Below, one piece after another: positions 1 through 11,297 of a DNA stretch of 64,000 bases. The notes under the pieces are model-generated. The model was not told where the DNA came from. It saw only the letters and a program-made list of their open reading frames with translations, and searched no databases. Numbering within the stretch: the first letter of the stretch is position 1; the number at the start of each line of letters is the position of its first letter. Both the position numbers and the translations under genes were made by a program. Origin of the DNA: Styela clava (Eukaryota); NCBI RefSeq assembly GCF_964204865.1, contig NC_135261.1:9982001-10046000 (forward strand). The letters are read 5' to 3'.

Positions 1-6
1 CACGTA

Positions 7-423
7 CCTAGTAGCCTTAGCTATTTTCAAGTCATTGTTATACTCCATCATATAACGATAAGTGGATGAAAATTCCCGATTACTTAGAATAGTTTTCAGG
101 GAAATTTATCATTGAATCGAATGAAACTAAAATCACCCAAATTGCTCATGAACATACAATTCCTGATAGGAAGTTGAAAAAATAAAATTTTATAAAATGA
201 ACGAAACAAAATATCTTAGAATGTGATTTAATACGGATTGTTGAAACTCAGAACTCTCTACCATACCCACAGCTATTTGTCCAAGCCTAATGCTTGTACC
301 ACCAGAAAGACTACGGCCTAAACACCCATGCATTGATCTAACAACTCGCGTAAAATGTTTGAGAATTTCTATTTTGTTAAATAAAAATCTATGCCGACTG
401 AAATTGTTTTCACACTCGCTCAT
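7..423 (-). pseudogene. Possible degenerate two-exon gene fragment, head-to-head with the first lectin gene (runs off the window)
   Basis: The ORF 423-190 is followed on the minus strand by a pyrimidine tract + CAG acceptor (~162) and an exon-like stretch ending AG|GTACGTG (~7). That stretch needs a frameshift, and the expected donor after ...HILR reads AT rather than GT. The peptide (ILKHFTRVVRSMHGCLGR...SNLGDFS) is only faintly like the N-terminus of chaperonin-like MKKS/BBS proteins; unverified. Confidence 0.3.
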
Positions 424-739
424 ATAAGTGTAGATAAAATAAATGAAATAACAAACCAGTAAAAAATATTTCTTAATTTTTTTTCGTGTTCTTCGGTCAC
501 GTATTGTTTTAACTATCCAATATTGAAAAATTCCGTCGAAATCTTTTGGATTTTCATCCTTGAATTATACAGGTAGTTTTTGCTGGCGCTTTTTTGAGTG
601 GTAAATTTTGGTAGGAGGAAGTGCATGGAAAAGTCCCATGACCGCGTTATTTAAAAATCCGAGATATCATGAAATGTTACTATCGAATTGCGGCAAGGAC
701 GGACATCAAGCGAGCAGCAATTTAACTGCAAGTCAGCAG

Positions 740-3700
740 ATGAGATTCTATGTAAAAATCATCGTGTCTTTTCTTTCGTTTAACTTTATGATGTCTGTAC
801 AAGGTAAGTGATACAAGTATAGCATAGTGATTCAACCTTAACAAGAGAAGGTAGGTTATGCTCGAGACAGAGCGATCCCGCCCTAAAGAATATTTAAAGA
901 TAGTTTATACTCGCCATGTATTCATGTGATACATTGGTAATTGGTGGTATATTCCCATTAGTAGTGTTCGCATTTTAGTTGGTTTTTAATGACCAGATTA
1001 GTCGGGATGAATAGTGATCGGGATTGGTTGAAATGCTTTTCAGATAAACATTATAATTCGAAATTCACGTAAACATTTTTAGGACTAAATATTTCGTTTA
1101 TTTTATCTTTTTTCTTCTGTTCCTGGCTAAAAATTTTGTCATTCAAGTATTCCATATTTTTTAATTAGATGAAATTGAATTAATTACTAAGAGTCAATTA
1201 ACTGATTGAGTTTGATTTTTAGTTGGTTCTGGCCCTTGCGTAACCAAGATAAAAAACGGACGATTTATCAGTCAAGGAAATTGCGAGAAAATTGACGAAG
1301 AAGGTAGATATTTATATATAAATAAAATTGAAGCCGAATAAAACTAATACCTAAACACATTGAATAAATTGAATCGATATGATCATATTGCGCAATTAGT
1401 TTTATAAGTCTAATATTTTATTTATCAAACAGTTCTTTGTGAGAAGAAACAAGAGAGCGATTCTGAAATATATGGACACAAAATTCAAAAAGCGTAGTAA
1501 GGTAATGCGATATATCCCACCCGTCACGATGTCATAAAAATATGGAAGACAGCAATCACGATATCATAAAGAGTGTTCCCGTAATCAAAAATGACACATC
1601 AAAATTTAGGAACAAATAAAAGCCTTCTAACGTAATACACAATCTTTAACTACTAAAAAGTTCAAAGCAATTAGTCCATTAGTGGATGTGAAAAGTAATT
1701 TTTTCATAAGGTAACAAGAAGAAGAATAATAACAACAACATAATAACAAAACGACCCGTAGGTCCATTTCGCGTCCAATAATGTAAAAGAGGTAAAATTA
1801 AGAAAGAAATGTAGAAAGTGTAGAAATAAAGTCTTAAAATCATATTGTTATCTTTGTGATCCATGTGTTTTTTATTTTTAGAAATAATTGGCCAGCTAGC
1901 AAAAAAGAAAAGGGTGAGTTGTGAAACTTTTGTACTGCGGTTTAAATGGCGAAAAATATTATGCGATATGCCTATGAAAAAACCTATTAATGAATATTTT
2001 GTTATTTGATAATAATGGCTTCTAAAAACTCTTCTTCAATCAGAACTAATTATCGGAAGAACTTTTAGTGCAAAATAAGTAACTTGATAAAACAATCGGA
2101 ATCGACAACTTGGGTATAAAAATTGCATTCCACTTGCTGTGTATGAAGCGAGTATGTCACTACTCGTCACGATTTCTGCCGTCACGTAATTTTATTACAT
2201 TTTCACGTTTTTATTCTCTATTTGAAAAAAAGTTATTACTTGCTTATGACATCATATGGCCTGCTTCCCATTCAACAAATTTCAGGGTACGCTACTAACT
2301 GGACAGTGATAAAAAAAAATTTCCACTCTCACTCTAGTAAAACATGATCCCCGTTTTAGATTTTAGAAAGAGTAAACATTTTTCATATGTTGTAATATCA
2401 GTTGCAGATGTTTGCATTTTACAGAATCTTGCCCCATATATCACGACAGCAAATGTTTTTGGCCTGTCAAAGCTGGTGAAGGAACAACAAATTTTGTTGC
2501 TGCCGTTTCCATTTGCGCCAAAATCGGACGAAAACTAGCTGATATCCAAAGCAAAGAGCAATATGATTCAATCGTCTCGTACATCAGTAAATGGACTGCA
2601 GAAGACAGAACAGGGGATTTCCGTGTGTGGACTGGAATGAAGTACAATCTGACGGTAAGTGAATGGCAAAAGTTCACATTCCAATAACAACGGGTCTTAA
2701 AATCAGGTTCGCAAGAGACAAATAGTTTTCTGAATTACAACCGAATAGATCTTAAAATGCCATATAGACCGGAGGTTCTTAAACTTTCTAAGCCGCGCCC
2801 CCCTTTAAAAAATCTTACAAACTTTGCGCTCCACCTCCTTTGCTTTGAAAAAATACCAAATACTTTTTTTCTGATGGGCAGAGTGCTATGGGAGTAAGCA
2901 AGTTGGTCTCATAGCGTCATTGCTCAGTTTTTTCCAAGAAAAAAAAAACACATTGGGGTGCACTTTCGCTATTTACTGCCGTATGTGTAAAGCTATACTT
3001 AATATAATTAACCAACACCATACAATCTCGTGCTTCTTGGCTTTCTTACCGTGACGGTTATTTTTACAGTGTTTTGGAGAGTTATCTCTTACAAACTGGT
3101 ACAGATGTTCAAAACTATTATTTTTATTCGAAACAATAAACCGCGTGCCGCTTGTAGGCTACTGATAGCTAATTTTAGCCTAATCAATCGCAGCAGTTGT
3201 CATATTAATTTTCGATCATTTCAACTAAACTGAAGGAGAGGCAAAATGGAAGTTATTTGATGTAAAACTATTTTTTTAACACAACTGAAAACTTATAAAT
3301 AACACGCAAAACCACGAAAACGAAGCAATGTTTGCAACCTTGCTAGAATATCTGTCTGAGCAACCTCACAAATCGTAATTGTTACATCATTGTTGACTTC
3401 GATCCTCGGATCGGATTTACATATTTATCTCGGGGGAGAGAAGAGCCGATAAAACGGCTTAATTATATGGCGAACTAGAACATCTCGTCCGGTTACCAGT
3501 TCATGATTTGAAAGCCATCCACGCAATCTCTTCAGTTAGTTAATCTAGTATCAATCAATGGATAAATAGTTATCTCAAACGTTTGATTATTTTCATTTCA
3601 GATAAACAACCTGACGTTGTCTGATGGTACAAAAGCCACCTGGTTGTCAGATTATCCTACTCCACCAACTAAAACAGAGGGGAAAAGAGTGGCAATTAGG

Positions 3701-3778
3701 ATATCAGAAAAATATCCCATGCACAAAATTATTTACCTGAACGAGAAGTACAAAAACATGGGAGCAATTTGCCTGTAA
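740..3778 (+). CDS. Secreted C-type lectin-like domain protein, copy 1
   Basis: Exons with GT-AG boundaries: 740-803 (signal-peptide-like MRFYVKIIVSFLSFNFMMSVQ), 1223-1303, [1882-1913, shortened], 2425-2654, 3602-3778. CTLD pattern: C-x7-CFW, A-x-SIC-x3-GRKLADIQSKEQ, VWTG, SDGT-x3-W, terminal AIC. The frame stays open if the 32-nt exon is skipped or paired with 1433-1493. Confidence 0.75.
839..1030. mobile_element. Short DINE-1/Helentron-like element in lectin intron 1 (paralogous copy at ~5818-6010)
   Basis: Begins AACAAGAG, then hairpin GCTCGAGACAGAGC, then GATCCCG, whose inverted copy CGGGAT lies near 1020. Same layout as the better-defined elements at 46806-47541. Confidence 0.35.
1680..1783. 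repeat. Dispersed repeat (TTATTGGACRCGAAAYGGACCTA + TTG/TTC-rich tract)
   Basis: The reverse complement recurs at ~50678-50785 and ~60212-60310; a paralogous copy is at ~6690-6772. Confidence 0.55.
3413..3500 (-). mobile_element. 3' fragment of the tRNA-derived SINE family seen at 48139-48478
   Basis: GGATTTACATATTTATCTCGGGGGAGAG...CTCGTCCGGTTACCA aligns to 48146-48231. Confidence 0.7.
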
Positions 3779-5660
3779 AAGTCAATGTCTGAAAAAGTTT
3801 ACCTACAACTAAAAACTGCGTCGTAAACTGGTATAGATTTATCTGTGATTTTCTTCAAACATATATAAGTGTGCACTCAATTTTTGTCATGGCTGTTCAA
3901 AATTATCAATAATTATTATTTCGTTTGGGTTTAGAAATAGAAAAAAAAATATGTATAACTATAAAATTACCTAAGAAATAAATAAAAAAAACAGATCGAA
4001 CAAGCATATCGTTTTGAAAATCAGGATGGAATAGGGTGAGTGCACAGTGAATAGGAAACATAACCAATGCTCGAATATACAGCGCGAGGGTAGCACATTA
4101 GTAGCTGCCTTAGCTGAGCATCGAGTTAGCTGAAAAGCGGTCAAGTGTGATGCAATCAAGCGTTCTCATACATCATAGAAAGTGATTTCGCGAATTAAAA
4201 TAAAGCAGCAAAATCAGAATGAAATATCACGCACAGAGAAAATTAAAAAAGTCATCACAAAAGCCTTCCAGCGACTTATTTCATTTTTAAATTCTGAAAT
4301 TTAAAATCGATTCGTTCATTAGCCCCTCAAAGAAGTAACGATACTTGCTTATATTCGGAATTGTTACATCATAATAGTCTCTACCATTTGCACGCTGCTT
4401 TTCACTTGGTTGGAGGTATGGCTTGACTAAGTTGATGGCTAGAAATATGAATTCGCGTGTGTGGGTTTGCAATGTGTTCGCATTCATTACGTACATCTCT
4501 CGGCAGCAAATGACAATAAAACCAATTTTATTTCGAAGACGGGTGTTTATGGGTGCAAACGGATATACGTGAAAATGCCCGTTGGTGCAAATGCTTGTGG
4601 GTACAAATATTCGTGAGTGCAAATGTCCACGGGTGTAAATACGTAAGATTTGGCATAAAGTATTTTAGTCGTTCACAATACTTTGTCTTGTGTGGCATTA
4701 TAATAATGTGTTGTAAGTGATATTAAAGTAGGAGTTGGGATTTGCGTTATGTAGGAAGTAAATTATTAAATTCATTCGACCGTTACTTCCGCATTTTATT
4801 TACAACATTCGTTCGTGCATTCGTTTCAACCTGCGTCCTCGCTCTCACTACCTTTGTACCGTTAAATCACAATTACCAACCCGTTGGAACTCGCTCAAAG
4901 TTCGCGTTCAGCTCACTATATGAAAAAATAAAATTTTGCATTTTTGCATTCAAAAATTCAAAGTGCATTGCTAACGAGCTATTTTGCGCATATCATGAAG
5001 TTGATACGATAAACTTTTTGTAAATGAACAAAGCAAAATATATCAGAAGGATGATAATACGGATGTCTGAAATAAGAACTTTCTCCCATACGCACAGCGG
5101 TTTTTCTCAACTTAAATGCTTGCACCACCAAAACGATTTGCGGTCTAAACCCATTTGAGCTAACAATTTGAATTATTTACAAATAAATTGACATAATTTC
5201 TATTTTTTTCAAAAAAAAAATATGTCACTTCAGTTCGTTTTTACTGTACTCTATAATATAGGTCAAGGATCGTGCGCACATTACTATGGCTTTTGGAATT
5301 TCATGCAGCAGTCCTTGTAGCAAAGCTCTTGAATTGACTTTTGTAGTAAATAGTGCATATTTGGCTCAAAACTGTTACAAAATAAATGAAAAGCACACTA
5401 GTAGGAAATATTGGAACACTACGACGATATATCTTCGAATGCTTTGATTCACACAAGTAAGGTTTTCTGACGCTTTTTTGAGTGATTCATTTTAGTATGA
5501 GGAAATGCGTGAAAAGTCTGGCTTCCCATGACCCCATTTTTTTTTTCTATGACCGCATTATTCAAACATCACAGGTATTATCAGGCGTTATTATCTTACC
5601 GCATTGTGTTAATTAAAGAAGGACAGCGAGTCAACAGCAATTTAATTACAATTCAGCAAA

Positions 5661-8600
5661 ATGAGATTCTTTGTAATTATCATCATGTCTTTTGTTTCGT
5701 TCAACTTTATAATGTCTGTACAAGGTAAGTAATACAAGTATAGCATAGTGATTCAATTTAATGGTATTATTCGCATTAACAATATGTCACTGGAAACTGT
5801 CAATTCTGGCACTGTACGAAGAGAAGATAGGTTATGCCCGAGACAGAGTGATTCCACCCGAACGAATATTCAAAGATAGTTTATACTCGCCATGTATTCA
5901 TATGATACATTGGTAATTGTTGTTATATTTCCATTAACAAATAAAAAAGTGTTCGCATTTTAGTTGGTTTTTAATGGCCAGATTGGTCGGGATGAATAGT
6001 GGTCGGGATTGGTTGAAATGCTTGTCCTATAAGCATTATATTTCCAAATTCACGTAAACATTTCAAAACTAAATATTTCATCTATTTTCTTCTGTTTCGG
6101 GGTAAAAATTGTTAAGATTTTGTTATTCAAGTATTCCATATTTTCTAATTAGATGAAATTTAATTAATTTTAAGAAGTTAATTAACTGATTGAGTTTGAT
6201 TCTTAGGTGGTTATGGCCCTTGCGTAACTAAGATAAAAAACGGAAAATTTATCAGTCAAGGAAATTGCGAAAAAATCGACGAAGAAGGTAGTTGGTTTTT
6301 TAATATAATTGAAGCCATATATAACTAATGCCTAAAGTCCTAAACATATTGAATAAATTGTATTAATATGTACATATTGTGCATTTAGTTTTATATGTCT
6401 AATGTTTTATTTATCAAAAAAATTATTTGCGAGAATAAAAAACAGAGCGATGCTCAAATATATGGACACGAAATTCGAAACGCCGTAGTATGGGAATGCA
6501 ATCTGTCACACCCGTCACGATATCATAAAAACGTGGAAGACAGCCATCACGGTATCATAAAACGTGTTCCGATAATGAAAAATTATACAGCACATTTTAG
6601 ATCTCACAGAAAATTTAGAAACAAATAAAAGCCTTCTAACGTAAATACACAATCTTCGACCACTAATAATTTCAAAGCAATTGGTCCTTTGGGGAATGAG
6701 AAAAGTGATTTTTTCATAAGGTAACAAGAAGGAGAATAATAACAACAACATACGTTCATTTCGTGTCCAATAATGTAAAAGAGATGAAATTAAGGTATAG
6801 ATCAGGGATGGCGAACCTTTTTTAATGAATGGGTCGAAAATTTAATTTTTATCGCGGAACAGAAGAGAGTGGGTCACAGATATTTAATCGATGTTTGTAT
6901 CTATAAGAAACTTCTGAAACAAATCTTATAAGCTTCTGTTGTTCGTGGTGTAGTTTTGAGCTTTACTTATGCAGGACTTCTATCGTGGACTTTTTAGGGT
7001 ACTCGATTTTATAAAAATTAGAGTAGGAAAACACGCATATGAATTACTAAAAACGTTTAGGATGATATAGCAAATTATTTTACGGTTCCAAGAAGTTTGG
7101 AGGGAATTCCATTCTGATAGTGTTATATTTTTCGATCAGCTTTCAATCACATTAAATCTCTTTTACACAATCTGATTGTTATTTCAGATTTCTAAATTTT
7201 TATTTCAAGTCTGAAAGATTTTGTTTTATCAACGTAGGCGTAGGCGAGAAACTAATAAAATTCAAAGTAGCATCTATTTCTCGTATAACCCATAAAACAG
7301 TCTGCAGATGCACTTCCAAAAGAGACAAGAAGTTTCGAGGAATGAACATTTAATTGCCTTGTTATGTCATAAATGATGTCAGGGCCAATAGCTGAATAAC
7401 GATACACAGCGGTGCAGACATGCGTCCAAAATAAGGTTTCGAAAATTACCATCCCGGACCGGAAATTTACAATTTGCATATGAGCGATCGCATTCCATAA
7501 TTTAAAGCCGTTTTTTTTTCAATTTTTATCACTGATATTTTAGCATTTTTTTTATATTATTCGTGCCTTGGTGGGTCACGGGTCACGAATAAAACGCGGT
7601 GGGTCACTTTGTGATCCGCGGGTCAGTGGTCTCTGGTATAGATAAAAAGTTTAAAATCACATTGTCATCATTGTAATCCAATTGTTCTTTTTTCAAGAAA
7701 TAATTGGCCAACTACGTAGAAATGTGGCAGCGAAAAAAGAAAAGGGTAGGTTGTGAACTATTTTGTACTGCGGTTTAGTGGCGACGTGTATTACGTGGAT
7801 GCCTATAAAAACCAATTAATGGATGTTTTGTATTGAATATTAATTCTCCCTAAAAACTCCTTTCAGATCAAAATTAATTATCAAATGGATTTTTGGTGCA
7901 AAATAAGTCACTTGATAAAACATTCGGAATCGACATGCTGGGCATAAAAATTGCATTCCACTTTCTGTGTATGAAGCGGGCATGTCACTAGTCGTCAAGA
8001 TTTCTGGCAACACGTAATTTTATTATATTCTAACGCTTTTTATCTTCTATTTAAATGAAAGTTATTACTTGCGTATATAACATCATATGGCCCGCTTCCC
8101 ATTCAACAAATTCCAGAATACGCTATCTGTATGAAAAGTGATAAAAAAAATTTCCACTTCCAATCCAGTATATTTTCTAAATATTTCGTGATCACCTTAT
8201 GTGGAAATTTTCCTTATGCTGTAATATCAGTTTGAGATGTTTAAACATATATCATTGCATGTTACAGAATATTGTCCCATCCATCACGACGGCAAGTGTA
8301 TTTGGCCTGTCAAAATTGGTGAAGCAACAACAAATTTTGTTTCTGCAGTTTCCATTTGCGCCAATATCGGACGAAAACTAGCTGATGTCCAAAGTAGAGA
8401 GCAATATGATTTAATCGTTTCGTACATTAATCCATGGCTGTCCGAAGATAAAGATGGAATATTTAGTGTTTGGACTGGAATGGTAAATTTAATCACATTC
8501 CAATACTAACGTGTCTTAAAATCAGGTTCGCTCGCAAAAAATAGTTTTCTAAATCACAGCCTGATAGATCTTGAAATGCCATTGACGTATGTCAAGTATT

Positions 8601-9259
8601 AAAGTACCGTTAAATGATATATAAATGATATTATGGGCCTACACTTACATTCTGTCATTCGTCGTTTCAACACACACACACACTTCATTTTTGCTTGACT
8701 TTACTTATGTATATTTGAGCATCCTATTTATAAACGGTCTATTTTGTATATATTATCTACTGTAGTGTAGAACTGTAGATGATCAGCAACAAACAAAACG
8801 ATCCAATGATTTATTATTGCTCGTGGGAAATGGTCTTTAACAAATTTGACTCTTCATTGAGTGGTTCAAATATATCGCATTTCTCAACAAATATTCTTCG
8901 CATATGAATCAATTACCACATTAAAGAGAACAACGTGCATCAGTTGGGAACACGCTAAATAACCATATACGCCTAATTCACTATTTTTTCTGATTTGAAA
9001 GCCATCCACGAAATCTCTTCAGCTAGTGAAACTAAAATCACTCGTCGGATAATTAATTATCTCAAACCTTTAATTATTTTAATTCCAGATGAACAACCAG
9101 ACGTTATCTGATGGTACTAAGCCCACCTGGTCGAAAGATCCTGTGCCACTGACTGAAACAGTAAAAGTCGCAATTCACATAAGAGAAAAAGAACAACCCA
9201 TGCACAATCTTGTTTACATGGAGGAAGAGAATGTACTATTTGGAGCTATTTGCCAGTGA
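5661..9259 (+). CDS. Secreted C-type lectin-like domain protein, copy 2
   Basis: Exons 5661-5724, 6207-6287, 7698-7745, 8268-8482 and 9089-9259 join in phases 1,1,1,0 with no stop. Paralogue of copy 1; introns and flanks also align (~560-4170 vs ~5440-9650). Confidence 0.85.
6803..7635. mobile_element. Non-autonomous hAT (Buster/Charlie-type) insertion, 833 bp
   Basis: CAGGGATGGCGAACC...CTCTG flanked by a perfect 8-bp TSD GTATAGAT (6795-6802, 7636-7643). Absent from the paralogous intron of copy 1. The right TIR is partly eroded. Confidence 0.8.
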
Positions 9260-10232
9260 ATTTAATGTCTAATTAAATTTATTGAAACTTCAACTAAAAA
9301 CTGTACGAGGAACTTCGCAGATATTGATTTATTTCAATCATTTCATTTTTACCATTGCAGTTCACAATTGTAAATAAATATTATTAATTCTAATTTCTAT
9401 TTGAATTTAAAAAAATATGCATAACTATAAGTATAACTATAAAATTGTTTAACAAATGAAAACCAGATCGAACAAGCATAATCGTATTAAAAATTAGGAT
9501 GCATAGTGAAAAGCAAACACAACCAATGCTCAAATTTATAGACACGGCCGCGGGGGTCGCACATTAGTACCGCTCTAGCTGAGCATCGAGTTAACTGAAA
9601 TGATGGAAGGTCAAGGCTGACGCAATTACGTGTTATCATAAATCATGGAAGGTGTACCGTACCAGTTTTCTTCGGATAAACCACCAAGTCGAAACGGTCA
9701 GAAAACACTACTCGAGCGTTCGCCAACGCAGCACAACGACATGCAGGTCACCGCAGATGAATAAAATGAAACAAACCAAAAAAATACGCTGCGGTGAGTT
9801 CGTACTCTTCCGTGTATACCGGCTAGAAATCCGAATTAACCAAGAACATGGATGTAGGGACGACAGTATACCACACAGCTTTTTCTCGTGAAAATCAGGC
9901 TGCTGATCAGCTGCACAAAATCAAAACAATTTAATACTAAGGTTAGGTTTACAACTCTTTTTTTTCTAAAGTAAATAGTCTACCAGTCTTCGCCAGTAGT
10001 GCAATATTGCTTCTAAGTAAAACAGGTAAAACTCTTCTTGACACTGAAGTACTCTTACTGCTGGCTCATCATTCTGAAGTCTTCGATCTAGCACAAACTG
10101 AGCGGTTTGAACTTCAAAAAATAAAGTTCAAAGCTCGCTTTTCAAAATTTATGAGCTTTCAAAATAAATTACGCTATGTAATCAGCTTTTTTGACTTCGA
10201 CGTGATAGAAACATGTTATATATGTTGTTAAC

Positions 10233-10435
10233 GGTGACCGTACATTTGAACCCACGTACATTTGAACCCATGTCTATATCCGCGGGTTCAATCAATATGC
10301 GGGTGCTGAAACCCATGGGTTAGGGTTAGTATGGGTTCAACTATCCGTACAACAAAAAAATTTCCATAGGTGCAATAGTATGCAGGTGCAATTGTCATGG
10401 GTTCAAATGTACGTGGGTTCAAATGTAATGGAACC
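10233..10435. mobile_element. MITE, 203 bp, 9-bp TSD (Mutator-like)
   Basis: TIRs built from GTACATTTGAACCC repeats; perfect 9-bp TSD GTTGTTAAC; central GGGTTAGGGTTAG. A second copy lies inverted at 38001-38185. Confidence 0.85.
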
Positions 10436-10579
10436 GTTGTTAACTATTTCTCTGTAACCGTAGCACGGATAGATTTTTTTTACGAAATTTCTTGGTGACG
10501 CCAGTCTCTGGTCACGTAGCAAGCTTCCTAGTCAATGCATCCGACATTGTTAACTGGCTAACTTAAAGTGTTAACTTAA

Positions 10580-10972
10580 AGTTAGGGAATTCCTCAAAAC
10601 AGCGCTCTTACTCCATAGTGACACCTTGTGTCCCATCACTAATTAATTGATAACTCGCTAATTATATGACATAATTCGCCCAAGATCAATAGGCTTTTGG
10701 TCCGAGATATGATGAATGCACATGCAAAATCTGGAGCAGATTCAATCTCGCTTTCGTGAGATATCGCGTGCANNNNNNNNNNNNNNNNNNNNNNNNNNNN
10801 NNNNNNNNNNNNNNNNNNNNNNNNNNNNNNNNNNNNNNNNNNNNNNNNNNNNNNNNNNNNNNNNNNNNNNNNNNNNNNNNNNNNNNNNNNNNNNNNNNNN
10901 NNNNNNNNNNNNNNNNNNNNNNNNNNNNNNNNNNNNNNNNNNNNNNNNNTACCGATTAAAATCGATAAGTAA
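10580..10972. mobile_element. DINE-1/Helentron-like element spanning an assembly gap (N at 10773-10949)
   Basis: Both flanks of the gap match the family at 46806-47541 and end ATCGATAAGTAA. The gap sits where the family has its (AGAC/AAAC)n microsatellite. Confidence 0.75.
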
Positions 10973-11297
10973 AAAAGAAAGCCGCATCACATTCTTCCCC
11001 CGACTATGGTTTGGATGTCTTGCTCAACGTGAATATAACCCTAAATTGCCTTTGTTCTGATGAAATATGACGTAATAATGTCTGGAATGAATGGCCTATA
11101 TCTGTGTGGGAATTGGGGTGTACTGATTCTGTCGTGGATCGTTTTGTAGTCATTGTCATTAGCAGTATAGCGCTTCTCTGTCACCTTATGTATTGCGGAT
11201 TTTGATATACGAAAAAACTTTTTTGAAATAAACTTTACATGTACAAAGTAGCCTACCGTGAACAACTTGTTTCCGAGAAGAAAACCTCCATTGCAAT

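Noticed and set aside
2769-3400. hAT-like left end (CCGGAGGTTCTTAAACTTT after ATATAGAC) in lectin copy 1 intron
   Set aside because: No right TIR or second TSD found, so the boundaries cannot be defined.
10716-11060. ORFs spanning the N run
   Set aside because: Artefacts of the 177-N assembly gap.
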